Below are positions 38,325-58,700 of a stretch of DNA of 64,000 bases, piece after piece. A program made the position numbers and the translations under genes. The DNA comes from Eledone cirrhosa (taxonomy: Eukaryota): contig OZ024749.1 of NCBI GenBank assembly GCA_964016885.1, positions 15,438,001 to 15,502,000 on the forward strand, written 5' to 3'. Positions within the stretch are counted from its first letter, which is position 1; each line of letters begins with the position of its first letter. The notes under the pieces are model-generated. The model worked only from the letters and a program-made list of their open reading frames with translations, searched no databases and had not been told where the DNA came from.

Positions 38325-41300
38325 AGACACAGTTGACAGATAGACATACAGACACACACAGACAAAGTTGACAGATAGACATACACACACACACAGACAC
38401 AGTTGACAGATAAACACACACACACACACACAGACACAGTTGACAGATAGACATACACACACACACAGACACAGTTCACAGATAGACATACACACACACA
38501 CAGACACAGTTGACAGATAGGCATACACACACACACAGACACAGTTGACAGATAGACATACACACACACACACAGACACAGTTGACAGATAGACATACAC
38601 ACACACACAGACACAGTTGACAGATAGACATACACACACACACAGACACAGTTGACAGATAGACATACACACACACACACACAGACACAGTTGACAGATA
38701 GACATACACACACAGTTGACAGATAGACATTCACACACACACACACACAGACACAGTTGACAGAGAGACATACACACACACAGACACAGTTGACAGATAG
38801 ACATACACACACAGTTGACAGATAGACATTCACACACACACACAGACACAGTTGACTGATAGACATACACACACAGACACAGTTGACAGATAGACATACA
38901 CACACACACACACAGACACAGTTGACAGATAGACATACACACACACACAGACACAGTTGACAGATAGACAAACACACACACAGAAACAGTTGACAGATAG
39001 ACATACACACACACACAGACACAGTTCACTGATAGACATACACACACACACACAGACACAGGTGACAGATAGACATACACACACACACACACACAGAGAC
39101 AGTTGACAGATAGACATACACACACACATAGACACAGTTGAAATATAGACATACACACACAGACACAGTTAATAGATAGACATACACACACACACAGACA
39201 CAGTTGACAGATAGACATACACACACACACAGACACAGTTGACATATAGACATACACACATACACGCAGACACAGTTGACAGATAGACATACACACACAC
39301 ACAGACACAGTCGACAGATAGACATACACACACACACAGACGCAGTTGACAGATAGAATACACACACACACAGACACAGTTGACAGATAGACATACACAC
39401 ACACTCACAGACACAGTTGACAGATAGACATACACACACACACACACACATACACAGTTGACAGATAGACATACACACACACACACAGACACAGTTGACA
39501 GATATACATACACACACACACAGACACAGTTGACAGATAGTCATACACATACACACAGACACAGTTGACAGAGAGACATACACACACACACAGACACAGT
39601 CGACAGATAGACATACACACACACACAGACGCAGTTGACAGATAGAATACACACACACACAGACACAGTTGACAGATAGACATACACACACACTCACAGA
39701 CACAGTTGACAGATAGACATACACACACACACACACACATACACAGTTGACAGATAGACATACACACACACACACAGACACAGTTGACAGATAGACATAC
39801 ACATACACACAGACACAGTTGACAGATAGAATACACACACACACAGACACAGTTGACAGATAGACACACACACACACACACAGTTGACAGATAGACATAC
39901 ACACACACAGACACAGTTGACAGATAGACATACAGACACACACAGACACAGTTGACAGATAGACATACACACACACACAGACACAGTTGACAGATAGACA
40001 TACACACACACACACAGACACAGTTGACAGATAGACATACACACACAGTTGACAGATAGACATTCACACACACACAGACACAGTTGACAGATAGACATAC
40101 ACACACACAGACACAGTTGACAGATAGACATACACACACACACAGACACAGTTGACAGATAGACATACACACACACAGACACAGTTGACAGATAGACACA
40201 CACACACACACAGACACAGTTGACAGATAGACATACACACACACACACAGACACAGTTGACAGATAGACATACACACACACACAGACACAGTTGACAGAT
40301 AGACATACACACACACACACAGACACAGTTGACAGCTAGACATACACACACAGTTGACAGATAGACATTCACACACACACACAGACACAGTTGACAGAGA
40401 GACATACACACACACAGACACAGTTGACAGATAGACATACACACACACACACAGTTGACAGATAGACATACACACACACACACACAGACACAGTTGACAG
40501 ATAGACATACACACACACACAGACACAGTTGACAGATAGACATACACACACACACACAGACACAGTTGACAGCTAGACATACACACACAGTTGACAGATA
40601 GACATTCACACACACACACAGACACAGTTGACAGAGAGACATACACACACACTGACACATTTGACAGATAGACATACACACACACACACAGACACAGTTG
40701 ACTGATAGACATACACACACACACACAGACACAGTTGACAGATAGACATACACACACACACACAGTTGACAGATGGAATACACACACAGACACAGTTGAC
40801 AGATAGACATACACACACACTGTTGACAGATAGACATACACACACACACACACAGACACAGTTGACAGATATACATACACACACACACAGACACAGTTGA
40901 CAGATAGACATACACACACACACACAGACACAGTTGACAGATAGACATACACACACACACAAACACAATTGACAGATAGACATACACACACACACAGACA
41001 CAGTTGACAGATAGACATACACACACACACACAGTTGACAGATAGACATACACACACACACACAGAGACACAGTTGACAGATAGACATACACACACACAC
41101 AGACACAGTTGACAGATAGACAAACACACACACAGACACAGTTGACAGATAGACATACACACACACACACAGACACAGTTGACAGATAGACATACACACA
41201 CACACATAGACACAGTTGACAGATAGACATACACACACACACACACACAGACACAGTTGACAGATAGACATACACACACACACACACATACACAGTTGAC

Positions 41301-41659
41301 AGATAGACATACACACACACACACAGACACAGTTGACAGATAGATATACACATACAGACAGACACAGTTGACAGATAGAATACACACACACACAGACACA
41401 GTTGACAGATAGACATACACACACACACACAGACACAGTTGACAGATAGACATACACACACACACACAGACACAGTTCACAGATAGACATACACACACAC
41501 ACACAGTTGACAGATAGACATACACACATACACACAGACACAGTTGACAGATAGACATACACACATACACACAGACACAGTTGACAGATAGACATACACA
41601 CACACACACAGACACAGTTGACAGATAGACATACACACACACACACAGTTGACAGATAG

Positions 41660-41715
<56 letters not shown>

Positions 41716-43308
41716 AGACACAGTTGACAGATAGACATACAGACACACACAGACAAAGTTGACAGATAGACATACACACACACACAGACACAGTTGACAG
41801 ATAAACACACACACACACACACAGACACAGTTGACAGATAGACATACACACACACACAGACACAGTTGACAGATAGACATACACACACACACACAGTTGA
41901 CAGATAGACATTCACACACACACACAGACACAGTTGACAGATAGAATACACACACACACAGACACAGTTGACAGATAGACATACACACACACACACAGAC
42001 ACAGTTGACAGATAGACATACACACACACACACCGACACAGTTGACAGATAGACATACACACACACACACAGACACAGTTGACAGATAGACATACACAGA
42101 CACACAGACACAGTTGACAGATAGACATACACACACACACAGACACAGTTGACAGATAGACATACACACACACAGACACAGTTGACAGATAGACAGACAC
42201 ACACACACAGACACAGTTGACAGATAGACATACACACACACACACAGACACAGTTGACAGATAGACATACACACACACACAGACACAGTTGACAGATAGA
42301 CATACACACACACACACAGACACAGTTGACAGCTAGACATACACACACAGTTGACAGATAGACATTCACACACACACACAGACACAGTTGACAGAGAGAC
42401 ATACACACACACTGACACATTTGACAGATAGACATACACACACACACACAGACACAGTTGACTGATAGACATACACACACACACACAGACACAGTTGACA
42501 GATAGACATACACACACACACACACAGTTGACAGATGGAATACACACACAGACACAGTTGACAGATAGACATACACACACACTGTTGACAGATAGACATA
42601 CACACACACACACACAGACACAGTTGACAGATATACATACACACACACACAGACACAGTTGACAGATAGACATACACACACACACACAGACACAGTTGAC
42701 AGATAGACATACACACACACACAAACACAATTGACAGATAGACATACACACACACACAGACACAGTTGACAGATAGACATACACACACACACACAGTTGA
42801 CAGATAGACATACACACACACACACAGAGACACAGTTGACAGATAGACATACACACACACACAGACACAGTTGACAGATAGACAAACACACACACAGACA
42901 CAGTTGACAGATAGACATACACACACACACACAGACACAGTTGACAGATAGACATACACACACACACACACACAGACACAGTTGACAGATAGACATACAC
43001 ACACACACATACACAGTTGACAGATAGACATACACACACACACACAGACACAGTTGACAGATAGATATACACATACAGACAGACACAGTTGACAGATAGA
43101 ATACACACACACACAGACACAGTTGACAGATAGACATACACACACACACACAGACACAGTTGACAGATAGACATACACATACACACAGACACAGTTGACA
43201 GATAGACATACACACACACACACAGACACAGTTGACAGATAGACATACACATACACACAGACACAGTTGACAGATAGACATACACACACACACACAGTTG
43301 ACAGATAG

Positions 43309-43376
<68 letters not shown>

Positions 43377-46302
43377 AGACACAGTTGACAGATAGACATA
43401 CAGATACACACAGACAAAGTTGACAGATAGACATACACACACACACAGACACAGTTGACAGATAAACACACACACACACACACAGACACAGTTGACAGAT
43501 AGACATACACACACACACAGACACAGTTGACAGATAGACATACACACACACACAGACACAGTTGACAGATAAACATACACACACACACAGACACAGATGA
43601 CAGATAGACATACACACACACAGTTGACAGATAGACACACACACACACACACATACACAGTTGACAGATAGACATACACACACACACACACAGACACAGT
43701 TGACAGATAGACATACACACACACACAGACACAGTTGACAGATAGACATACACACACACACACAGACACAGTTGACAGCTAGACATACACACACAGTTGA
43801 CAGATAGACATTCACACACACAGACACAGTTGACAGAGAGACATACACACACACAGACACAGTTGACAGATAGACATACACACACACACACAGACACAGT
43901 TGACTGATAGACATACACACACACACACAGACACAGTTGACAGATAGACATACACACACACACACATTTGACAGATAGAATACACACACACACAGACACA
44001 GTTGACAGATAGACATTTACACACACACACACAGAGACAGTTGACTGATAGACATACACACACACACACAGACGCAGTTGACAGATAGACATACACACAC
44101 ACACACATTTGACAGATAGAATACACACACATACAGACACAGTTGACAGATAGACATACACACACACACAGACACAGTTGACAGATAGACATACACACAC
44201 ACACACACAGACACAGTTGACAGATAGACATACACACACACACAGACACAGTTGACAGATAGACATACACACACACACACAGTTGACAGATAGACATACA
44301 CACAGTTGACAGATAGACATATACACACACACACAGACACAGTTGACAGATAGACATACATACACACACAGACACAGTTAACAGATAGACATGCACACAC
44401 ACACAGACACAGTTGACAGATAGACATACACAAACACACACACAGTTGACAGATAGACATACACACACACACAGACACAGTTGACAGATAGACATACACA
44501 AACACACACACAGTTGACAGATAGACATACACACACACACAGTCACAGTTGACAGATAGACACACACACACACACACAGACACAGTTGACAGATAGACAT
44601 ACACACACACAGACACAGTTGACAGATAGACATACACACACACACAGACACAGTTGACAGATAGACATACACACACACAGACACAGTTGACAGATAGACA
44701 TACACACACACACACAGACACAGTTGACAGATAGACATACACGCACACACACTAACACAGTTGACAGATAGACATACACACACACACATACACACACACA
44801 CACACAGACACAGTTGACAGATAGACATACACACACATACGCAGACACAGTTGACAGATAGACATACACACACACACAGACACAGTCGATAGATAGACAT
44901 ACACACACACACACAGACACAGTTGACAGATAGACATACACACACACACAGACACAGTTGACAGATAGACATACACACACACACAGACGCAGTTGACAGA
45001 TAGACATACACACACACACAGACACAGTTGACAGATAGAATACACACACACACAGACACAGTTGACAGATAGACATACACACACACACACAGACACAGTT
45101 GACAGATAGACATACACACACACACACCGACACAGTTGACAGATAGACATACACACACACACACAGACACAGTTGACAGATAGACATACACAGACACACA
45201 GACACAGTTGACAGATAGACATACACACACACACAGACACAGTTGACAGATAGACATACACACACACAGACACAGTTGACAGATAGACAGACACACACAC
45301 ACAGACACAGTTGACAGATAGACATACACACACACAGACACAGTTGACAGATAGACATACACACACACACAGACACAGTTGACAGATAGACATACACACA
45401 CACACACAGACACAGTTGACAGCTAGACATACACACACAGTTGACAGATAGACATTCACACACACACACAGACATAGTTGACAGAGAGACATACACACAC
45501 ACTGACACATTTGACAGATAGACATACACACACACACACAGACACAGTTGACTGATAGACATACACACACACACACAGACACAGTTGACAGATAGACATA
45601 CACACACACACACACACAGTTGACAGATGGAATACACACACAGACACAGTTGACAGATAGACATACACACACACTGTTGACAAATAGACATACACACACA
45701 CACACACAGACACAGTTGACAGATAGACATACACACACACACAGACACAGTTGACAGATAGACATACACACACACACACAGACACAGTTGACAGATAGAC
45801 ATACCCACACACACAGACACAATTGACAGATAGACATACACACACACACAGACACAGTTGACAGATAGACATACACACACACACACAGTTGACAGATAGA
45901 CATACACACACACACACAGAGACACAGTTGACAGATAGACATACACACACACACAGACACAGTTGACAGATAGAGAAACACACACACAGACACAGTTGAC
46001 AGATAGACATACACACACACACACAGACACAGTTGACAGATAGACATACACACACACACACACACAGACACAGTTGACAGATAGACATACACACACACAC
46101 ACACATACACAGTTGACAGATAGACATACACACACACACATACACAGTTGACAGATAGACATACACACACACACACAGACACAGTTGACAGATAGAAATA
46201 CACATACACACAGACACAGTTGACAGATAGACATACACACACACACACAGACACAGTTGACAGATAGACATACACATACACACAGACACAGTTGACAGAT
46301 AG

Positions 46303-46362
<60 letters not shown>

Positions 46363-49300
46363 AGACACAGTTGACAGATAGACATACAGATACACACAGA
46401 CAAAGTTGACAGATAGACATACACACACACACAGACACAGTTGACAGATAAACACACACACACACACACAGACACAGTTGACAGATAGACATACACACAC
46501 ACACAGACACAGTTGACAGATAGACATACACACACACACAGACACAGTTGACAGATAAACATACACACACACACAGACACAGATGACAGATAGACATACA
46601 CACACACAGTTGACAGATAGACACACACACACACACACAGACACAGTTGACAGATAGACATACACACACACACACACAGACACAGTTGACAGATAGACAT
46701 ACACACACACACAGACACAGTTGACAGATAGACATACACACACACACACAGACACAGTTGACAGCTAGACATACACACACAGTTGACAGATAGACATTCA
46801 CACACACAGACACAGTTGACAGAGAGACATACACACACACAGACACAGTTGACAGATAGACATACACACACACACACAGACACAGTTGACTGATAGACAT
46901 ACACACACACACACAGACACAGTTGACAGATAGACATACACACACACACACATTTGACAGATAGAATACACACACACACAGACACAGTTGACAGATAGAC
47001 ATTTACACACACACACAGACACAGTTGACAGAGAGACATACACACACACAGACACAGTTGACAGATAGACATACACACACACACACAGACACAGTTGACT
47101 GATAGACATACACACACACACACAGACGCAGTTGACAGATAGACATACACACACACACACATTTGACAGATAGAATACACACACATACAGACACAGTTGA
47201 CAGATAGACATACACACACACACAGACACAGTTGACAGATAGACATACACACACACACACACAGACACAGTTGACAGATAGACATACACACACACACAGA
47301 CACAGTTGACAGATAGACATACACACACACACACAGTTGACAGATAGACATACACACAGTTGACAGATAGACATATACACACACACACAGACACAGTTGA
47401 CAGATAGACATACATACACACACAGACACAGTTAACAGATAGACATGCACACACACACAGACACAGTTGACAGATAGACATACACAAACACACACACAGT
47501 TGACAGATAGACATACACACACACACAGACACAGTTGACAGATAGACATACACAAACACACACACAGTTGACAGATAGACATACACACACACACAGTCAC
47601 AGTTGACAGATAGACACACACACACACACACAGACACAGTTGACAGATAGACATACACACACACAGACACAGTTGACAGATAGACATACACACACACACA
47701 GACACAGTTGACAGATAGACATACACACACACAGACACAGTTGACAGATAGACATACACACACACACACAGACACAGTTGACAGATAGACATACACGCAC
47801 ACACACTAACACAGTTGACAGATAGACATACACACACACATACACACACACACACACAGACACAGTTGACAGATAGACATACACACACATACGCAGACAC
47901 AGTTGACAGATAGACATACACACACACACAGACACAGTCGATAGATAGACATACACACACACACACAGACACAGTTGACAGATAGACATACACACACACA
48001 CAGACACAGTTGACAGATAGACATACACACACACACAGACGCAGTTGACAGATAGACATACACACACACACAGACACAGTTGACAGATAGACATACACAC
48101 ACACACAGACACAGTTGACAGATAGAATACACACACACACAGACACAGTTGACAGATAGACATACACACACACACACAGACACAGTTGACAGATAGACAT
48201 ACACACACACACACCGACACAGTTGACAGATAGACATACACACACACACACAGACACAGTTGACAGATAGACATACACAGACACACAGACACAGTTGACA
48301 GATAGACATACACACACACACAGACACAGTTGACAGATAGACATACACACACACAGACACAGTTGACAGATAGACAGACACACACACACAGACACAGTTG
48401 ACAGATAGACATACACACACACAGACACAGTTGACAGATAGACATACACACACACACAGACACAGTTGACAGATAGACATACACACACACACACAGACAC
48501 AGTTGACAGCTAGACATACACACACAGTTGACAGATAGACATTCACACACACACACAGACATAGTTGACAGAGAGACATACACACACACTGACACATTTG
48601 ACAGATAGACATACACACACACACACAGACACAGTTGACTGATAGACATACACACACACACACAGACACAGTTGACAGATAGACATACACACACACACAC
48701 ACACAGTTGACAGATGGAATACACACACAGACACAGTTGACAGATAGACATACACACACACTGTTGACAAATAGACATACACACACACACACACAGACAC
48801 AGTTGACAGATAGACATACACACACACACAGACACAGTTGACAGATAGACATACACACACACACACAGACACAGTTGACAGATAGACATACCCACACACA
48901 CAGACACAATTGACAGATAGACATACACACACACACAGACACAGTTGACAGATAGACATACACACACACACACAGTTGACAGATAGACATACACACACAC
49001 ACACAGAGACACAGTTGACAGATAGACATACACACACACACACAGACACAGTTGACAGATAGATATACACATACAGACACAGTTGACAGATAGACATACA
49101 CACACACACAGACACAGTTGACAGATAGAATACACACACACACAGACACAGTTGACAGATAGACATACACACACACACAGACACAGTTGACAGATAGAGA
49201 AACACACACACAGACACAGTTGACAGATAGACATACACACACACACACAGACACAGTTGACAGATAGACATACACACACACACACACAGACACAGTTGAC

Positions 49301-49692
49301 AGATAGACATACACACACACACACACATACACAGTTGACAGATAGACATACACACACACACACAGACACAGTTGACAGATAGATATACACATACAGACAG
49401 ACACAGTTGACAGATAGAATACACACAGACACAGACACAGTTGACAGATAGACATACACACACACACACAGACACAGTTGACAGATAGACATACACACAC
49501 ACACATACACAGTTGACAGATAGACATACACACACACACACAGACACAGTTGACAGATAGAAATACACATACACACAGACACAGTTGACAGATAGACATA
49601 CACACACACACACAGACACAGTTGACAGATAGACATACACATACACACAGACACAGTTGACAGATAGACATACACACACAGTTGACAGATAG

Positions 49693-49730
<38 letters not shown>

Positions 49731-52700
49731 AGACACAGTTGACAGATAGACATACAGACACACACAGACAAAGTTGACAGATAGACATACACACACACAC
49801 AGACACAGTTGACAGATAAACACACACACACACACACAGACACAGTTGACAGATAGACATACACACACACACAGACACAGTTGACAGATAGACATACACA
49901 CACACACAGACACAGTTGACAGATAGGCATACACACACACACAGACACAGTTGACAGATAGACATACACACACACACACAGACACAGTTGACAGATAGAC
50001 ATACACACACACACAGACACAGTTGACAGATAGACATACACACACACACAGACACAGTTGACTGATAGACATACACACACAGACACAGTTGACAGATAGA
50101 CATACACACACACACACACAGACACAGTTGACAGATAGACATACACACACACACAGACACAGTTGACAGATAGACAAACACACACACAGAAACAGTTGAC
50201 AGATAGACATACACACACACACAGACACAGTTCACTGATAGACATACACACACACACACAGACACAGGTGACAGATAGACATACACACACACACACACAC
50301 AGAGACAGTTGACAGATAGACATACACACACACATAGACACAGTTGAAATATAGACACACACACACACACACAGACACAGTTAACAGATAGACATACACA
50401 CACACACAGACACTGTTGACAGATAGACATACACACACACACAGACACAGTTGACATATAGACATACACACATACACGCAGACACAGTTGACAGATAGAC
50501 ATACACACACACACAGACACAGTCGACAGATAGACATACACACACACACACAGACACAGTTGACAGATAGACATACACACACACATACACAGTTGACAGA
50601 TAGACATACACACACACACACAGACACAGTTGACAGATAGACATACACACACACACAGACGCAGTTGACAGATAGAATACACACACACACAGACACAGTT
50701 GACAGATAGACATACACACACACTCACAGACACAGTTGACAGATAGACATACACACACACACACACACATACACAGTTGACAGATAGACATACACACACA
50801 CACACAGACACAGTTGACAGATATACATACACACACACACAGACACAGTTGACAGATAGTCATACACATACACACAGACACAGTTGACAGAGAGACATAC
50901 ACACACACACACAGACACAGTTGACAGATAGACATACACATACACACAGACACAGTTGACAGATAGAATACACACACACACAGACACAGTTGACAGATAG
51001 ACATACACACACACACACAGTTGACAGATAGACATACACACACACACACACAGACACAGTTGACAGATAGACATACAGACACACACAGACACAGTTGACA
51101 GATAGACATACACACACACACAGACACAGTTGACAGATAGACATACACACACACACACAGACACAGTTGACAGATAGACATACACACACAGTTGACAGAT
51201 AGACATTCACACACACACAGACACAGTTGACAGATAGACATACACACACACAGACACAGTTGACAGATAGACATACACACACACACAGACACAGTTGACA
51301 GATAGACATACACACACACAGACACAGTTGACAGATAGACACACACACACACACAGACACAGTTGACAGATAGACATACACACACACACACAGACACAGT
51401 TGACAGATAGACATACACACACACACAGACACAGTTGACAGATAGACATACACACACACACACAGACACAGTTGACAGCTAGACATACACACACAGTTGA
51501 CAGATAGACATTCACACACACACACAGACACAGTTGACAGAGAGACATACACACACACAGACACAGTTGACAGATAGACATACACACACACACACACAGT
51601 TGACAGATAGAATACACACACACACAGACACAGTTGACAGATAGACATACACACACACACACAGTTGACAGATAGACATACACACACACACACACAGACA
51701 CAGTTGACAGATAGACATACACACACACACAGACACCGTTGACAGATAGACATACACACACACACACAGACACAGTTGACAGATAGACATACACACACAC
51801 ACAGACACAGTTGACAGATAGACATACACACACACACAGACACAGTTGACAGATAGACATACACACACACAGACACAGTTGACAGATAGACACACACACA
51901 CACACAGACACAGTTGACAGATAGACATACACACACACACACAGACACAGTTGACAGATAGACATACACACACACACAGACACAGTTGACAGATAGACAT
52001 ACACACACACACACACACAGATACAGTTGACAGATAGACATACACACACACACAGACACAGTTGACAGATAGACATACACACACAGTTGACAGATAGACA
52101 TACACACACAGTTGACAGATAGACATTCACACACACACACACACAGACACAGTTGACAGATAGACATACACACACACACAGACACAGTTGACAGATAGAC
52201 ATACACACACACACAGACACAGTTGACAGATAGACATACACACACACACACAGACACAGTTGACAGATAGACATACACACACAGTTGACAGATAGACATT
52301 CACACACACACACACACAGACACAGTTGACAGAGAGATATACACACACACAGACACAGTTGACAGATAGACATACACACACAGTTGACAGATAGACATTC
52401 ACACACACACACAGACACAGTTGACTGATAGACATACACACACAGACACAGTTGACAGATAGACATACACACACACACACAGAGGCACAGTTGACAGATA
52501 GACATACACACACACACAGACACAGTTGACAGATAGACAAACACACACACAGACACAGTTGACAGATAGACATTCACACACACACAGACACAGTTCACTG
52601 ATAGACATACACACACACACAGACACAGTCGACAGATAGACATACACACACACACACAGACACAGTTGACAGATAGACATACACACACACAGACACAGTT

Positions 52701-55700
52701 GACAGATAGACATACACACACACACACAGACACAGTTGACAGATAGACACACACACACACACAGACACAGTTGACAGATAGACATACACACACACACAGA
52801 CACAGTCGACAGATAGACATACACACACACACACAGACACAGTTGACAGATAGACATACACACACACACACAGAGACAGTTGACAGATAGACATACACAC
52901 ACACATAGACACAGTTGAAATATAGACATACACACACACACACAGACACAGTTGACAGATAGACATACACACACACACAGACACAGTTGACAGATAGACA
53001 TACACACACACACAGACACAGTCGACAGATAGACATACACACACACACACAGACACAGTTGACAGATAGACATACACACACACAGACACAGTTGACAGAT
53101 AGACATACACACACACACACAGACACAGTTGACAGATAGACATACACACACACACAGACGCAGTTGACAGATAGAATACACACACACACAGACACAGTTG
53201 ACAGATAGACATACACACACACTCACAGACACAGTTGACAGATAGACATACACACACACACACACACATACACAGTTGACAGATAGACATACACACACAC
53301 ACACAGACACAGTTGACAGATATACATACACACACACACAGACACAGTTGACAGATAGACATACACACACACACAGACACAGTTGACAGACATACACACA
53401 CACAGACCCAGTTGACTGATAGACACACACACACAGACACAGTTGACAGATAGAATACACACACACACATACACAGTTGACAGATAGACATACACACACA
53501 CACACAGACACAGTTGACAGATATACATACACACACACACAGACACAGTTGACAGATAGACATACACACACACACACAGTTGAGAGATAGACATACATAC
53601 ACACACACACACACAGACACAGTTGACAGATAGACATACAGACACACACAGACACAGTTGACAGATAGACATACACACACACACAGACACAGTTGACAGA
53701 TAGACATACACACACACACACAGACACAGTTGACAGATAGACATACACACACACACAGACACAGTTGACAGATAGACATACACACACACACAGACACAGT
53801 TGACAGATAGACATACACACACACAGACACAGTTGACAGATAGACACACACACACACACAGACACAGTTGACAGATAGACATACACACACACACACAGAC
53901 ACAGTTGACAGATAGACATACACACACACACAGACACAGTTGACAGATAGACATACACACACACACACAGACACAGTTGACAGCTAGACATACACACACA
54001 GTTGACAGATAGACATTCACACACACACACAGACACAGTTGACAGAGAGACATACACACACACAGACACAGTTGACAGATAGACATACACACACACACAC
54101 ACACAGTTGACAGATAGAATACACACACACACAGACACAGTTGACAGATAGACATACACACACACACACAGTTGACAGATAGACATACACACACACACAC
54201 AGACACAGTTGACAGATAGACATACACACACACACAGACACAGTTGACAGATAGACAAACACACACACAGACACAGTTGACAGATAGACATTCACACACA
54301 CACAGACACAGTTCACTGATAGACATACACACACACACAGACACAGTCGACAGATAGACATACACACACACACACAGACACAGTTGACAGATAGACATAC
54401 ACACACACAGACACAGTTGACAGATAGACATACACACACACACACAGACACAGTTGACAGATAGACACACACACACACACAGACACAGTTGACAGATAGA
54501 CATACACACACACACAGACACAGTCGACAGATAGACATACACACACACACACAGACACAGTTGACAGATAGACATACACACACACACACAGAGACAGTTG
54601 ACAGATAGACATACACACACACACAGACACAGTTGACAGATAGACATACACACACACACACAGACACAGTTGACAGATAGACATACACACACACAGACAC
54701 AGTTGACAGATAGACATACACACACACACAGACACAGTCGACAGATAGACATACACACACACACACAGACACAGTTGACAGATAGACATACACACACACA
54801 GACACAGTTGACAGATAGACATACACACACACACACAGACACAGTCGACAGATAGACATACACACACACACACAGACACAGTTGACAGATAGACATACAC
54901 ACACACAGACACAGTTGACAGATAGACATACACACACACACACAGACGCAGTTGACAGATAGAATACACACACACACAGACACAGTTGACAGATAGACAT
55001 ACACACACACTCACAGACACAGTTGACAGATAGACATACACACACACACACACACATACACAGTTGACAGATAGACATACACACACACACACAGACACAG
55101 TTGACAGATATACATACACACACACACAGACACAGTTGACAGATAGACATACACACACACACACAGTTGAGAGATAGACATACATACACACACACACACA
55201 CAGACACAGTTGACAGATAGACATACAGACACACACAGACACAGTTGACAGATAGACATACACACACACACACACAGACACAGTTGACAGATAGACATAC
55301 ACACACACACACAGACACAGTTGACAGATAGACATACACACACACACAGACACAGTTGACAGATAGACATACACACACACACAGACACAGTTGACAGATA
55401 GACATACACACACACAGACACAGTTGACAGATAGACACACACACACACACAGACACAGTTGACAGATAGACATACACACACACACACAGACACAGTTGAC
55501 AGATAGACATACACACACACACAGACACAGTTGACAGATAGACATACACACACACACACAGACACAGTTGACAGCTAGACATACACACACAGTTGACAGA
55601 TAGACATTCACACACACACACAGACACAGTTGACAGAGAGACATACACACACACAGACACAGTTGACAGATAGACATACACACACACACACACACAGTTG

Positions 55701-58700
55701 ACAGATAGAATACACACACACACAGACACAGTTGACAGATAGACATACACACACACACACAGTTGACAGATAGACATACACACACACACACACAGACACA
55801 GTTGACAGATAGACATACACACACACACAGACACAGTTGACAGATAGACATACACACACACACACAGACACAGTTGACAGATAGACATACACACACACAC
55901 AGACACAGTTGACAGATAGACATACACACACACACAGACACAGTTGACAGATAGACATACACACACACAGACACAGTTGACAGATAGACACACACACACA
56001 CACAGACACAGTTGACAGATAGACATACACACACACACACAGACACAGTTGACAGATAGACATACACACACACACAGACACAGTTGACAGATAGACATAC
56101 ACACACACACACACACAGATACAGTTGACAGATAGACATACACACACACACAGACACAGTTGACAGATAGACATACACACACACACAGAGACACAGTTGA
56201 CAGATAGACATACACACACAGTTGACAGATAGACATTCACACACACACACACACAGACACAGTTGACAGATAGACATACACACACACACAGACACAGTTG
56301 ACAGATAGACATACACACACACACAGACACAGTTGACAGATAGACATACACACACACACACAGACACAGTTGACAGATAGACATACACACACAGTTGACA
56401 GATAGACATTCACACACACACACACACAGACACAGTTGACAGAGAGATATACACACACACAGACACAGTTGACAGATAGACATACACACACAGTTGACAG
56501 ATAGACATTCACACACACACACAGACACAGTTGACTGATAGACATACACACACAGACACAGTTGACAGATAGACATACACACACACACAGACACAGTTCA
56601 CTGATAGACATACACACACACACAGACACAGTTGACAGATAGACAAACACACACACAGACACAGTTGACAGATAGACATTCACACACACACAGACACAGT
56701 TCACTGATAGACATACACACACACACAGACACAGTCGACAGATAGACATACACACACACACACAGACACAGTTGACAGATAGACATACACACACACAGAC
56801 ACAGTTGACAGATAGACATACACACACACACACAGACACAGTTGACAGATAGACATACACACACACACAGACACAGTCGACAGATAGACATACACACACA
56901 CACACAGACACAGTTGACAGATAGACATACACACACACACACAGAGACAGTTGACAGATAGACATACACACACACATAGACACAGTTGAAATATAGACAT
57001 ACACACACACACAGACACAGTTGACAGATAGACATACACACACACACACACACAGTTGACAGATAGACATACACACACAGACACAGTTGACAGATAGACA
57101 TACACACACACACAGACACAGTTGACAGATAGACATACACACACACACAGACACAGTCGACAGATAGACATACACACACACACACAGACACAGTTGACAG
57201 ATAGACATACACACACACAGACACAGTTGACAGATAGACATACACACACACACACAGACACAGTTGACAGATAGACATACACACACACACAGACGCAGTT
57301 GACAGATAGAATACACACACACACAGACACAGTTGACAGATAGACATACACACACACTCACAGACACAGTTGACAGATAGACATACACACACACACACAC
57401 ACATACACAGTTGACAGATAGACATACACACACACACACAGACACAGTTGACAGATATACATACACACACACACAGACACAGTTGACAGATAGACATACA
57501 CACACACACAGACACAGTTGACAGATAGACATACACACACACACAGACACAGTTGACAGATAGACATACACACACACACACAGACACAGTTGACAGATAG
57601 ACATACACACACACACAGACACAGTTGACAGATAGACATACACACACACACAGACACAGTTGACAGATAGACATACACACACACAGACACAGTTGACAGA
57701 TAGACACACACACACACACAGACACAGTTGACAGATAGACATACACACACACACACAGACACAGTTGACAGATAGACATACACACACACACAGACACAGT
57801 TGACAGATAGACATACACACACACACACAGACACAGTTGACAGCTAGACATACACACACAGTTGACAGATAGACATTCACACACACACACAGACACAGTT
57901 GACAGAGAGACATACACACACACAGACACAGTTGACAGATAGACATACACACACACACACACACAGTTGACAGATAGAATACACACACACACAGACACAG
58001 TTGACAGATAGACATACACACACACACACAGTTGACAGATAGACATACACACACACACACACAGACACAGTTGACAGATAGACATACACACACACACAGA
58101 CACAGTTGACAGATAGACACACACACACACACAGACACAGTTGACAGATAGACATACACACACACACAGACACAGTTGACAGATAGACATACACACACAC
58201 ACAGACACAGTTGACAGATAGACATACACACACACACACACACACAGTTGACAGATAAACATACACACACACACAGAGACACAGTTGACAGATAGACATA
58301 CACACACACACAGACACAGTTGACAGATAGACAAACACACACAGACACAGTTGACAGATAGACATACACACACACACACAGACACAGTTGACAGATAGAC
58401 ATACACACACACACAGACACAGTTGACAGATAGACATACACACACACACAGACACAGTTGACAGATATACATACACACACACACACAGACACAGTTGACA
58501 GATAGACATACATACACACACAGACACAGTTGACAGATAGACATACACACACACACACACATACACAGTTAACAGATAGACATACACACACACACACAGA
58601 CACAGTTGACAGATAGACATACACACACACACACACAGACACAGTTGACAGATAGACACACACACACACACACACAGACACAGTTGACAGATAGACATAC